Assembly: GCA_035221665.1 (NCBI GenBank)
Contig: CM069132.1
Coordinates: 32,860,001-32,924,000, forward strand
Reading direction: 5' to 3'
DNA length: 64,000 bases
Source: Okamejei kenojei
Taxonomy: Eukaryota
Shown here: positions 1-11,929 of the stretch, one piece after another
Layout: every line of letters starts with the position of its first letter
How positions within the stretch are numbered: the stretch's first letter is position 1
Position numbers and translations under genes: made by a program
Notes under the pieces: model-generated
The model's input: only the letters and a program-made list of their open reading frames with translations
Database searches by the model: none
What the model was told of the DNA's origin: nothing

Positions 1-629
1 GAATAGGTTCCGAATACAGGTGAGTAAAATGAATATTCCCGACCAGAAGGATTATCAATTCTCCGGACATCCTTAACATTTGCAGTATTGATAAAGGAAT
101 TTATAAATTCGCTTGATTTAGATGTAGCTTTTCTTTTAGTAGATGATCTATCTAGATAATTATCTAGAGTACAGTTCAAATCACCCCAAATTATTAGATT
201 ATGTTGTGCAGATACCGGAATAGTATTAAATATTTTCTTAAAAAACAGCGGATTATGGAAATTAGGTCCATATACGTTCATAAGAACAATTTTCGTTGAA
301 TATAATTCATCCGTAATTATTATATATCTACCCTCAATATCTTCTATTATTGAGGTATGTTTAGATGGTATACCTTTACGTATAAGAATTGCAACCCCTC
401 TAGACTTTTGCGTAAATGAAGAATGATACACTTTAGAAATCCATTTTGCTGTTAGTCTATATTGCGCATCCTTTTTGAGGTGTGTCTCTTGAAAAAAAAT
501 TATGTCTGTTTTAAGTCTATTTAAGTGAGCTAAAACCTTACCTCTTTTAATTGGTTCATTAATTCCCTTTACATTCCAACTCCAGAAGGTGATTCCATCA
601 CCCCCAGTTTTCATATTAATGTCTTGCAT
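1..629 (-). CDS. L1-clade LINE ORF2, N-terminal APE-type endonuclease; open frame running off the window edge
   Basis: Manual translation from ATG at 629: MQDINMKTGGDGITFWSWNVKGINEPIKRGKVLAHLNRLKTDIIFFQETH...SRGVAILIRKG...MNVYGPN...IIWGDLNCTLD...REYSFYSPVFGTY. No stop seen in 209 codons; WNVxG, QETH, NVYxPN and GDxN are L1 endonuclease motifs. Confidence 0.9.
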   Translation of the reverse strand, partial: MQDINMKTGGDGITFWSWNVKGINEPIKRGKVLAHLNRLKTDIIFFQETHLKKDAQYRLTAKWISKVYHSSFTQKSRGVAILIRKGIPSKHTSIIEDIEGRYIIITDELYSTKIVLMNVYGPNFHNPLFFKKIFNTIPVSAQHNLIIWGDLNCTLDNYLDRSSTKRKATSKSSEFINSFINTANVKDVRRIDNPSGREYSFYSPVFGTY

Positions 630-667
630 TTTGTTGTTAAGGTGGATATAATGGAGTAGATGTCTCA

Positions 668-1175
668 GCACAAGGAAGGACATTCTTGCTATTGAGGGAG
701 TGCAGCATAGGTTCACAAAGTTAATTCCCGGGATGGCGGGACTCCATCTCAGAGAATGGAGCGACTGGGCTTGTGTACTCTAGAATTTAGAAGGATGAGA
801 GGATATCTTATTGAAACATATAAGATTATTAAGGGTTTGGACACGCTAGAGGCAGGAAACATGTTACCGATGTTGGGGGAATCCAGAACCAGGGGCCACA
901 GTTTAAGAATAAGGGGTAAGCCATTTAGAACGGAGATGAGGAAACACTTTTACAGACAGAGAGTTGTGAGTCTGTGGAATTCTCTGCCTCAGAGGACGGT
1001 GTAGGCCGGTTCTCTGGATACTTTCAAGAGAGAGCTAGATAGGGCTCTTAAAGATAGTGGAGTCAGGGGATATGGGGAGAAGGCAAGAACGGGGTACAGA
1101 TTGTGGATGATCACATTGAATGGCGGTGCTGGCGCAATGGGCCGAATGGCCTACTCCTGCACTTATTGTCTATTG
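668..1175 (+). mobile_element. CR1-clade LINE, 5'-truncated 3' end
   Basis: ORF 756-1004 (LEFRRMRG.LIETYKI...RTRGHSLRIRG...QRVV.LWNSLP) is the CR1 ORF2 C-terminus; tail gggccgaatggcctactcctgc..tattgtctattg. Confidence 0.9.
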
Positions 1176-1176
1176 T

Positions 1177-1488
1177 CACAGTGGCGCAGCGGTAGAGTTG
1201 CTGCCTTACAGTGCTTGCAGTGTCGGAGACCCGGGTTTGATCATGACTACCGGTGCTGTCTGTACGGAGTTTATACGTTCTCCCCGTGACCACGTATGCT
1301 TTCTCCGAGATCAGTGGCTTCCTCCCACACTCCAAAGATGTACAGGGTTGTGGGTTAATTGGTTTGATGTATGTGGAAATGTGGAATAGTGTGTGTAGAA
1401 TAGTGCTAATGTGCGGGAATCGCAGGTCGGCACGGACTCAGTTGGCCAAAGGAACTGTTTCCGCGCTGTATCTCTAAACTAAACTAAA
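1177..1488 (+). mobile_element. tRNA-derived SINE (HE1-like)
   Basis: A box tggcgcagcggta, B-box-like ggtttgatc, core ttcctcccacactccaaaga, tail ctgtttccgcgctgtatctc(taaac)n. Confidence 0.85.
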
Positions 1489-2237
1489 AAATCAGGCCCT
1501 TATGGCCCATCTCATCAATGCCAATCAAGGGATGGGATACCTTGAATTAAATTTCCAGACACAATTTTTTGGAATGACCTCAGATTGTACTTTTGAGTGA
1601 TATATGCTGCCTCAATCTTTAGATAATATCAGAAAAGGCTGGAAACACTCATCAGGTCAGGCAATACCGGTGGGAACAATAAGCCGAGTTAACATTTCAG
1701 GTCAAATTAAAACAAAATATCAGAGCTACCCAGCAGGTGAGACAGAAATAAAGTTGATGGAACCAGTCAGTGATCTATTCTCACAACGATTCTGTGCATA
1801 CAGACTTTTATTTTCCCTCTGCCTATTCCACAGCATGCTAAAAATAACTGAATGCTGATCACTATCATAAAAAAGCTCACCCATGGCATTATTCCTCCTC
1901 TAAAAGCGGGTTGAGAATTGCCTCGCTCCCTCTATCCCGTTGAGCTCGTTACACACCACTTAAACAAAAATACTGCTGACTGCAATTTAGGAATTCCATG
2001 TCCCCTAGTTGCACTGACTTTATTCCAGCTAATACAAGGGTAACTGAAATCTCCTACTATTTCTGCCTTGGTTCTTGTCAGAAAGTGTTAGTCAGTGGCA
2101 AACAGATGCTCTCGAGGCAACTGCACTGTTAATTATGTAGCTAACTGGAACGAGTGAGCAGATAAGGACCATGAATGTTGACTTCTTCTGAATTTCAATA
2201 AGGATAAAGAAGGAAGGTTTTCTTGATATGTTCAATA

Positions 2238-2448
2238 AACAGTGGAAGTGTTGCTGCCTTACAGCGCCGAAGGTTTCTCCGAGATCTTCGGTTTCCTCCC
2301 ACACTCCAAAGACGTACCGGTTTGTAGGTTAATTGACTTGGTGTATATGTAAATTGTCCCGAGGGTGTTAATGTGCAGGGATCCCTGGTCGTCGTGGACT
2401 AAGTGGGCCGAAGGGCCTGTTTCCGTGCTGTTACTCTGAACTAAACTA
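2238..2448 (+). mobile_element. HE1-like SINE, internally deleted
   Basis: Same core and gggccgaagggcctgtttcc...ctaaact tail as 1177-1488. Confidence 0.8.
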
Positions 2449-2619
2449 ATTGGAATGTAGCCCCACTCCTTGGAATACTACTTTGGTGGTTTAGGAATTT
2501 GGAATTTTGGAGAATGGATGATTTGAGTGTGATGAATGGAAGAGGAATAGCCTATTTCTTCCTTTATTGATATTACGAACATTAGAGCTATAACAGGACA
2601 TCTGATGTGGGGATTGCAG

Positions 2620-3193
2620 CAAAATCACCTCGTTTTCTCCCCCTTTCAGATAGGCAAGAATTCCAATGTGGACAGGCACCTCCAGAGATTTTGCCTGTCA
2701 CGCTGAGTTACTCTAGCATTTTGTATCTATCTTCGGAGAAATATGAATCAGCAGCTGAGATTCGTCTAACTTGGCATTATGTTCGACATGGACATTGTGG
2801 ACATTAGTAAACTTTCTAAGCCCAGATGGAAGGCCAATGTAAGGATCTTTGAAATGTTTTTATTATTCACCAGTATGATAAAAAATTCTTCAAAGTTTGT
2901 TGCTCAGAGCTTGGACTGTGTAGCACTCATTGTATGTGTGTTGCAGCTGATGATTTGATTGGAATTGTAAGTTCCACAGGCACGACAACCTCAATCCCTG
3001 TAATGATAGCAGTGATGATCTTTCACACTGGATGCGAGCTGAGTAAGTCAATTGTGATGTGCTCCACCGTGTTGAGATCTGAGCTGCAGGCAGTAAAGGA
3101 GGACCTTCCTTGTTACTTCCCATTACTGACTTGGTGCCTGTCCACATTGGAATTCTTGCCTATCTGAAAGGGGAAGGAAACGAGGTGATTTTG
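2620..3193. repeat. ~61-bp inverted repeat pair (2620-2680 / 3133-3193)
   Basis: caaaatcacctcgtttt..cctttcagataggcaagaattccaatgtggacaggcacc versus its near-perfect reverse complement at 3133-3193. Confidence 0.85.
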
Positions 3194-3405
3194 AGGGGGA
3201 AGAAGGCATGGCCAAGGCATAACTGTGCATGTTGACAGTGCCCAAAGTTCGTATACAGAAGGGTTGATAGGACCTGAGAAGTTAGAAAGTCATGAATTGC
3301 ATCACCACTGCTTCCATAAACGCCAGTACTGACTCACTCAGAAGTGCTCTATTGGACCCACTCACCCCCTGGTTTGCTGCTGCTAGGGCAATTGCATGCA
3401 AACAT

Positions 3406-3762
3406 CAGTTCAGTTCAGTTTAGTTTATTGACACATGTACCGAGGTACAGTGAAAAGCTTTTGCTGTGTGCGATCCAGTCAGCAGAAAGACAAAACATGA
3501 TTACAATCGAGCCATTTACAGTGTATAGATACATGATGAGGGAATAATGTTTAGTGCAAGGTAAAGCCAGCAAAGTCCAATCAAGGATAGTACATGAGTC
3601 ACCAACGAGATAGATAGTGGTATGGCACTGCCCTCTGGTTGTGGTAGGATGATTCAATTTCCTGATAACAGCTGGGATAAACTGTCCCTGAATCAGGAGG
3701 TGTGCTCTTTCATACTTCTATACATTTTGCCTGATGGGAGAGGGTAGAAGAGGGCGTGGCCA
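3406..3762 (-). mobile_element. Rex1/Babar-like LINE 3' end
   Basis: Minus strand encodes PLPSGKMYRS...-type C-terminus and ends caataaac(taaac/tgaac)n; same family as 32722-33177, 50648-51215 and 63548-64000. Confidence 0.7.
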
Positions 3763-6057
3763 GCAGGTGAGATGTGTCAATTAATCTTGTTCAATGACTG
3801 GGGTGATGTACTCTCCCTAATTGAATAACTGGCAATACATGTGAGATGTGGATGCAAGACTTGAAGTAGTGTGCAATGCCTAAATGGGCATTTGATATTG
3901 TGTTCGAGCCCAGAGAGATGATGTCATTGGTAGATGCCTGGTCTCCTTTAGCGAGAGGATGTCTCCATTCTGTGGCCAATTGCTTGTCCTTGCCCATTTT
4001 CCATCACGTCTTTCAGCAAGCTGGCAACGCTGTGTAAAGACTCCTTGGACCAGCTGGAGACACAGCAATCATCTCCCCTTTAAGAAATAGAAGCATGGAT
4101 GTCTGGCTTAAACCGGTGCTAGCACTGATGGGTCACTGGGTTCATGCCAATGATGCAGAATATATAAACGACAGTGAGTAAAAGGGACATGAGCTAATCG
4201 CACTGCACAATACCAACACCTGCTCTCTTGTGCTATCTATTTGGGACTTCGAAACATGTCTTGATATAATGAAAGATTGAAATTTAACCGTGGAAATCAT
4301 TATTAAGATTGATGTGTACTTGTTGAATCATTGTTGATTCTGGGCTGTGGCAGCTATCCTTGACATGCTCAGACTATTTTTTGAATCACAGTGATTGACC
4401 ACGACTGTGGCAGTAATAGGAAATGTTCTGTAATTGAATTCATTGGAATTAACTTGCACCTGTTAAATACTATGGCTGTGGTTCATAAAGAACTCTCTGA
4501 CTCTGCTTGGCACGACCCATTTGTTAGATATAACAAGACTGAAAACATCGGAAAAGCAGAAGGGCTAAATAATGTGGCTGCTTGATACCTGAAAGAAAAT
4601 GATTGCTGCCAATATTCAGATGGTCAAACAGCATGGTGGAGAGAGTGAAGTTGGATTATCTCTGCAGGCTGGTAGCCTTTCTTCAGGAATCTCCACTGGT
4701 CTACCCGTAAATCCATTCCAAGTACTGAACTCCTTAGCAATTTTTTGTGGTGCTCGTTCAGAAGGTTAAATAGTTTTGAATGTAAATACTCTCGAGAGTT
4801 TGAGACTCCCATCAGATGAAAACGCCTGCGGGTCAGACTTGTATGGGAGTGACTTACTAAAGGAACTGAATACTATGGGTATCAGAGCAGCAGTATTCTG
4901 ATTTATTGTGTTTTATTCTAGCATTTGCTTAAAATCAGAAGTCACAGGAAGATCAGTCTGCCTCCTGCAGCTCAGAGTGGCGTCATCAGCAACTGATGCA
5001 TTGCAATTTACATGATTCCAGTAATTTTTAAATCAACATGTTATGGAAAAAACACTTGGCGTTTGAAAATGGATGCCATTCAGATAAATGACAGCATGTA
5101 TGACGAGACATTTGGGTGTAGCAAATCTTTTAATTTAGGTTAATTTTCTCCTAACGTCCACCGTCCCAGAGAATGACGTTCTGTGCAAAGCATTTCTGAC
5201 TTTGAAGGACATTTAAACACGATACCAATGGTAAATGAAAGCCATTTTAGCATTCCCTAATTCACACGCGTTCAACAATTCTACACTATATTCAGTACTA
5301 TGGACAAGTTTTTTTTTTTTTTTAACGATTCTAAAAACATGTCGTATAACATGGATATCAGTCTTTCGGCTCATGAAGGCAGTTCCATCAACCGAGTGCC
5401 CATTTATACAAATTCCATTTTTATGACCCTCACATTCCCATGAAACATGGCGAACCTATATTTTTGGGGCCCCGAAGCTTGAGCTGCTATGGGGGCCCCT
5501 TCGCAACCAGCAACGAGATCTGGGTGACCACTGTTATCTTCTTCAATGCGGTTGTTCCATGACAGATAACCACCAATTTTAATTTCTGTCATAAATGTTA
5601 GTAGTGTTTTAACTTATTTATAATTATTTTATATTAAATATAGTTAGAATGAAACATCCTTAATTTGAACGTTTTTTTCGTTTACGGCTAGCCTACATGA
5701 TACATTTAATAACCTTTCAATTAAAAAAAAACTTTTGTATTGCATTACACTATTATTAATTTTTTTTAAAAACCGTTTCTCATATAGTAGAGCCAACATT
5801 TTTAAGCAATGTGGACTAAGCATGCTATTCACCTCCAGAAAAAAAGTAGGATGTATTGGCTGGGGATCCACGAGGCTTGCTAGGCCCCCAACGGGGTCAA
5901 GGGGCAGCACCCCAGTGGGGGTTCTGCATTTTCAATAAATTGAAAGTGATTTTCAATCTTTCTGCTGGTAGTTTACATAACAGAAGCTTAGAATTATTCT
6001 AACACATAAGCAGTAAAATAACCCCCAAAAGATATATATTTCATGAAATAAAAAATA

Positions 6058-6527
6058 AGTGCAGGAGTATGCCATTCGGCTCTTCGAGCCAGCACCGCCA
6101 TTCGCTGTGATCATGGCTGATCATCTACAATCAGTACCCCATTCCTGCCTTCTCCCCATATCCCTTGACTGCTATNNNNNNNNNNNNNNNNNNNNNNNNN
6201 NNNNNNNNNNNNNNNNNNNNNNNNNNNNNNNNNNNNNNNNNNNNNNNNNNNNNNNNNNNNNNNNNNNNNNNNNNNNNNNNNNNNNNNNNNNNNNNNNNNN
6301 NNNNNNNNNNNNNNNNCTAGTGAATTGGCCTCCACTGCCTTCTGAGGCAGAGAATTCCACAGATTCACAACTCTCTGTGTGGAAAAAGTATTTCCTCATC
6401 TCCGTTCTAAATGGCCTACTCCTTATTCTTAAACTGTGGCCCCTGGTTCTGGACTCTCCCAGCATTGGAAACATGTATCCTGCCTCTAGCGTGTCCAAAC
6501 CCTTAATAATCTTATATGTTTCAATAA
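6058..6527 (-). mobile_element. CR1 LINE 3' end, interrupted by an assembly gap
   Basis: IETYKIIKGLDTLEAG...RTRGHSLRIR; CR1 tail at 6058-6175. Confidence 0.85.
6176..6316. other. Assembly gap (N run)
   Basis: 141 N. Confidence 1.
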
Positions 6528-6779
6528 ATGGCCTCATACAGCTAAAACAATCTTTGTAAAAAATATGTTACCTGAAAATTTTCTTTGCCTAACACTGATG
6601 AGAAAAAACCTTTTCACCCAGTTGTGAATTTGTGAAATTCCCTGCCACAGAAGGCAGTTGTCTCATCTCCTTCAGTAGCACCTCAGTCTCCCTTCCTGAA
6701 CTCAGACACTCACTTCTCCTCACCTCACCTACGCTCACTTCCCCTCATGTACACATCTACTCCTCAACTAATCCCCTCG

Positions 6780-7312
6780 CCTCACTAAACCCCTCGCCTC
6801 GACAATACCTCACTACCAAACTTCTCCTCATACCTAAACCTCGCCTCGACTAAACTGTACCTCACTAAACCTCGGCCTTCAAATAAACCTCACACCTCAA
6901 CTTAACTAAACCTTCCACCTCACACCTAATCCACGCTTCGCCTAATCGCCACCTGTCCTCCGCTCCAGCTATTTATAGCCCCACCCCCTAGGCCGTTGGC
7001 AGCACCTCACATGTACGGAATGGCCCCATCCAAGGGGGTGGGGCCGAGAGCGGCGCAGGCGCATTGCCCAACAGAGCCGGTGGGAGGGGATGGAGGGCCA
7101 CACGTATGCTGCCGTTGACGTTGAACCCTCCCCCCGCCCCCTCCCCCCCACGGAGGCTGCAGCCCCTCCACGCACGGGCAGGAGAGAGGTGCCGATTAGT
7201 CGAGGCTGGGATTATGTGTGAGGTGGGAGGTTTAGTCGAGGCAAGGTTTTGTGAGTTGAGGTTTTAGAGTGAGGTGAAGTTTAGTCGAGACATGAGGTTT
7301 AGTCGAGGTGAA
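6780..7312. repeat. Imperfect fold-back structure built of cctcgactaaacctc-like modules around a GC-rich core
   Basis: 6905-6962 actaaaccttccacctcacacctaatccacgcttcgcctaatcgccacct matches the reverse complement of ~7178-7236; the modules repeat outward on both arms. Confidence 0.75.
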
Positions 7313-7382
7313 AAGTCAGATTAATTTCTAGGAAAACTAAAAAAATCGGAATTCTGATTTAAAGCTGAAGAATATCAGGACT

Positions 7383-8606
7383 CCTGACCGACATCCACTA
7401 CAAACCAACTGACTCCCACAGCTACCTGGACTACTCTTCCTCCCACCCTGCTTCCTGTAAGGACTCCATCCCCTATTCCCAATTCCTCCGTCTACGCCGC
7501 ATCTGCTCCCAGGATGAGGTGTTCCACACCAGGTCATCACAAATGGCCTCATTCTTCAGAGAACGGGGATTCCCCTCCCCCACTATAGATGAGGCTCGCA
7601 TCAGGGTCTCCTCCATACCCCGCAACACTGCCCTCTCTCCTCATTCCCCCACTCGCAACAAGGGCAGAGTCCCCCTGGTCCTCACCTTTCACCCCACCGG
7701 CCGGCAAATACAACACATAGTCCTCCACCAGTTTCACCACCTGCAACATGACCCCTCCACTCGCCACATCTTCCCATCTCCCCCCCTGTCTGCCTTCCGC
7801 AAAGGCCGCAACTCCCTTGTCAATTCTTCCCTTCCCTCCCGCTCTACCCCTTCTCCGGGCACTTTCCCTTGTAACCGCAAGAAATGCTACACTTGTCCCT
7901 TCACCTCCCCCCTCCACTCCTTTCAGGGACCCAAGCAGTCCTTCCAGGTCCGACAGAGGTTCACCTGCACCTCCTCCAACCTCATCTACTGCATCCGCTG
8001 CTCCAGATGCCAGATGATCTATATCGGTGAGACCAAGCGGAGGCTTGGCGATCGTTTCGCCGAACACCTCCGCTCGGTCCGCAATAACCAACCCGACCTC
8101 CCGGTGGCTCAGCACTTCAAATCCCCCTCCCATTCTGTATCCGACCTCTCTGTCCTGGGCCTCCGTCACGGCCAGAGTGAGCAACACCGCAAGTGGAGAG
8201 GAACAGCACCTCATATTCCGTTTGGGGAGTCTGCATCCTTTGGGCTTGAACATTGAATTTTCTCAATTCTGTCAACCCTTGCTGTCTCCTCCCCTTCCCA
8301 CCTCTCCCTCAGCCCTCGGGCCCTGGCATTCCCTCTCTCTCTATCTCTCTCCCCCACCCTAGTCGCACTAGCTTCTCATTTTCATACCACAAACAGCTTA
8401 CAATGGCTTGTTCCCTTTATCATCGATACTTTTTTGCATATCTTTCATTCATTGTTCTTTATCTCTCCACATCACCGTCTATATCTCTCGCTTCCCTGAT
8501 CCCTGACCAGTCTGAGGAAGGGCCTCGACCCGAAACGTCGCCTATCTCCTTCGCTCCTTAGATGCTGCTGCACCCGCTGAGTTTCTCCAGCCTTTTGTGT
8601 AACCTC
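7383..8606 (+). mobile_element. Penelope-like retroelement, 5'-truncated (RT C-terminus + GIY-YIG endonuclease + pLTR), 13-bp TSD
   Basis: TDIHYKPTDSHSYLDY..HP..CK.SIPYSQFLRLRRICS, then ORF 7519-8256 with CNRKKCYTC and NLIYCIRC..C..IYIGETKRRLGDRFAEH; direct repeat gaatatcaggact at 7370-7382 and 8607-8619. Confidence 0.92.
8508..8540 (+). ncRNA. Minimal hammerhead-ribozyme-like motif in the Penelope pLTR (variant core)
   Basis: ctgaggaa-gggcctcgaccc-gaaac-gtc; compare the canonical copy at 43866-43897. Confidence 0.55.
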
Positions 8607-9324
8607 GAATATCAGGACTAAAGTTGCTTCCGGTGCCCCTCCGGGATTAGGAGCCCTGAAGCTTAAGTTTCATTAGTTTCATAGTAGATCCGCCCCCAGT
8701 CTTTTGAATGTGGGAGAACACCAGAGCATTTAGAGGAAACCCAGAGGAAGATTATGCAAACTCTATATAGGCAGCTTCCGAGATCAGGATTAAAAATCCG
8801 TTCCAAGTGTTGTTAGTAATTTTCAGGGTGTAGAACTTCCTGTCATCAAATGTAATACTGCCTTTTTTTTTGTTTAAAGTCCCAAAGTTTAAGGTGATCA
8901 GCTTCCAAATTTCTTTCTAACTCTGAAATGAAATTGAAAAAATAATTGAAAATGGTTAATTAGCATTCTAGTTGTATATTGCCTTAGAAAATATGTCTTA
9001 CTTCCAGTGTTTAAGGATTTCCTCATCCAATCTGCATGAAATGTCCCATAAACTACCTCTATTGAAAGACTAATCTAGACATTTGGTCATAATGAAAGTT
9101 TTTTAAAATTTGAAGGGAAATTTTTGATTGTGAAACATAATCCACTATTTCTTGTACAGGTAGGGCACAATGCAGCCTTGTATAATGCAATGCAACCTTG
9201 CATTCAGTGCACTCTTGCATCACTCAGTGTAGCACATCATGCATTTATGAATATGACCTAATCGAACAACTTTGCCTAGATCAAGGAAACTGGCTTCTGT
9301 GGACTGACCCTTAAAGTGTTAGAC

Positions 9325-9800
9325 CAGGGATCGGCAACCTTCTTCTGCGTAGGGGCCGGGTGGCATGTCTGAGCAGATGGCGGGCCACATCTATCACGTG
9401 TTCACATAGATCACGCCCCCCTCCTGCCCCAGATGGCAGGCATCAAATCGTGTTCACATGGGTCCTGCCCCTTCGAGGATGCCACCCGGAAGCACTGGCC
9501 CCTGGTTACGGGTGCTCAAGAACATAGCGCACCTACGGTCCATTGCCTTGGCTCTGTCCTGAAGGCGATGGCTTAAATACTCATACTCACTTGTCCCAGG
9601 CCTATTGACAACTCCAATCCCGACAGTGAAGCCCTGACGCAGAAGGTGCTGCGGCCGTGCCGGCGGCTTTGCGCAGGCCAGAGCTAGTACAGCCAGAGCT
9701 TGGCCCCGCTCGGGCTCTCGGCGGCTCCACAATTGCGGCCGCTAGCGCAGGCCTCCTTGCGTAACCGTGCCTGGGCTCCTCGGGTCTGGGATGTACCGGA
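9325..9800 (+). mobile_element. hAT (Charlie-like) DNA transposon 5' remnant
   Basis: Starts cagggatcggcaacct (CAGGGGTCGGCAACCT-type TIR) after tagac; GC-rich body; no matching right TIR found, so the end is uncertain. Confidence 0.45.
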
Positions 9801-9822
9801 GATGAAGGAAGTCTGCAGGCCA

Positions 9823-10130
9823 AATGGCGGTGGCGCAGAGGTCGAAGTTACTGCTTTTCAGCACCAGAGGCCGGGGTTAGATCCTGACCATGGGTGCTGA
9901 CAATAAGGAGTTTAGTACAATCTTCCTATGACTGTGTGGGGTTTGTCTGGGTGCTCCGGTTTTCTCCCATGCTTTAAAGACTGCAGGTTTGCAGGTTAAC
10001 TTGTTTCTGTAAATTATAAACTCTCCCCAGTGTAGGATAGTGCTAGTGTACGGGGTGATCACTGGTTGCTGTGGGCTCAGTGGGCTTGAAAGGCCTGTTT
10101 CCACACTGTATCTATGAAGTTCTAAAGTTT
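9823..10130 (+). mobile_element. HE1-like SINE (diverged)
   Basis: ggcggtggcgcag head, ggttagatcctgacc B box, ggcctgtttccacactgtatct tail. Confidence 0.75.
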
Positions 10131-10259
10131 AAAGACTACACAGGTAATAAACTTAAGGTTCAAATGTCATGCTGCTGCACATCTGCTTTCTTGATCCGGC
10201 ATGATATGTACGGGACTCTAATGTACCACACTTCTATAAACATGTTGATGTTTAGGATG

Positions 10260-10542
10260 ACATGGTGGCTTAGCGGATCGAGCTATTGCCTTGCGGTTCC
10301 AGTTTCAATCCTGACTACGGGTGCTGTCTGTCTCCCTGTAACCTGCGTGGATTTTCTCCGATATCTTCGGTTTCCTCCCACACTCCAAAGACACTCTAAA
10401 ATATGTAGGTTAATTGGCTTGCTGCAAATGTAAATTGTGCCTCGTGTATGTAGGATAGTGTTAGTGTGCATGGATTGCTGGTTGGTGCAGACTCGGTAGA
10501 CTGAAGGGCCTGTTGCATGCTGTATCCCTAAACTAAACTAAA
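10260..10542 (+). mobile_element. HE1-like SINE
   Basis: Core ggtttcctcccacactccaaaga and (ctaaa)n tail. Confidence 0.8.
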
Positions 10543-11198
10543 TGTGAGATACAATTTCTGACCCATGAATTCCAAGTAAAATATTTACCTTTTTGATTTA
10601 GTAGCTCAAATATTTATCTTGCACAGAATAGACATATATGGCAGACGTGGACTATTCTGATCTAATATTTTTCTCCATTTTTTTAAAAATCTGGACATTA
10701 GTACCTGTGTGTATTGTCCTTGAGTACCTGGCAGTATGCTATGTTACTGAACTGCTTTTGCCTTCTGGTGAAGATACGCCACCACTGCTTTTCAATAGGA
10801 TGTTCCATAACTTAGATGGTATAATGGTGAGTAAGGATATTTTTAAAATCAGGATGGTGTGCAGCTTGGAAAGAAACCTGTAAGCAGTGGATGTAAGACA
10901 AACTGTTGGAGTAGCATGAACGAGTAACGGCCATACAGTTTTGAGTTGGTTCATGTTGCAGCCATTGTGTGCTGGTGGTTGGGGGGGATGAAGTTCAGGG
11001 TAGCTGGTGGGCTGCAAATCTAGCTGGCTGTTTATTCTTCCTAAGAGTTGTTCTCATTGGGGCATGTGGAGGATTTTCCATCACCCTCCACACTTGGTCC
11101 TTGTTGATGATGGAAAGTCTGTGTGAAGTCAGGAGGTGATTCACTCCTCACTGGAAACCCAGTCCCTGCACTATTTAATTTATGTAACTGATCTGTAA

Positions 11199-11400
11199 AG
11201 GGCCTGTCCCACTTGGGTGTCATTTGTGCATCACGCAGGTGGCGCACGAAGATTTTGTGAATCCCAAAATCCTGGGGCGCCGCGTACAACTGCGCGTCAC
11301 TGCCTGAGCCACCACTCCTCGCCACACGCCATGCGCGTCACGACGCGTAAATGATGTTGCGTAAATGACGCGCAAATGACTCCCAAGTGGAACAGGCCCT
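11199..11400. mobile_element. PIF/Harbinger-type MITE, TSD TAA
   Basis: TIRs agggcctgtcccacttggg / cccaagtggaacaggccct; TAA at 11196-11198 and 11401-11403; CpG-rich interior. Confidence 0.85.
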
Positions 11401-11929
11401 TAACTTTGCTGCAACCTTGGATTGTTCACTCAACATCTGGAGAACCAGCACGAGAGGACATTTTCAACCTTTGCACAATATCTACATATGTACAACAGAT
11501 ATGCCGCAATAAGTATTTTCCTGCAATTTTTCTACTGTTTCGATTTTCATTATTTTCTTTTATCCTGGAGTCATTGCATAATTTATCCTGGTCTCCCCTG
11601 CTTGTTCCTGCCAGCCCTGCAGCCTATTCCACAGGGAAACTCAGACCTGCAATTGGCAACATTTCAGAACTAGTCTTTATAAATTATCTACCTTATGGAG
11701 AAATAAATGTGGCTGACATTTTGCGTTCCCTGTGAGGCAAACTTTGCAACTGTTACCCATATGTTTAAATTTAATTTGCATCATATAACATATTATTAAT
11801 CATTTTATTTTTTCCTTATAATTTAAATAACTGCCATAATAACTGATGGAGGAAGTGTGTTAACATATTTCAGACTTGTAACAGAGCTGAAAAACAAGAA
11901 TGTATTTATTAATACAAACAAAAAACCCC

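Noticed and set aside
3790-4850. Possible pseudogene or ancient element
   Set aside because: Looks like decayed coding or repeat DNA, but no motif could be assigned by eye.
6059-6559. ORFs spanning N runs (also 42657-43021)
   Set aside because: Artefacts of translating through assembly gaps.
7549-8253. 234-aa minus-strand ORF
   Set aside because: Antisense shadow of the C-rich Penelope ORF; no recognisable domain.
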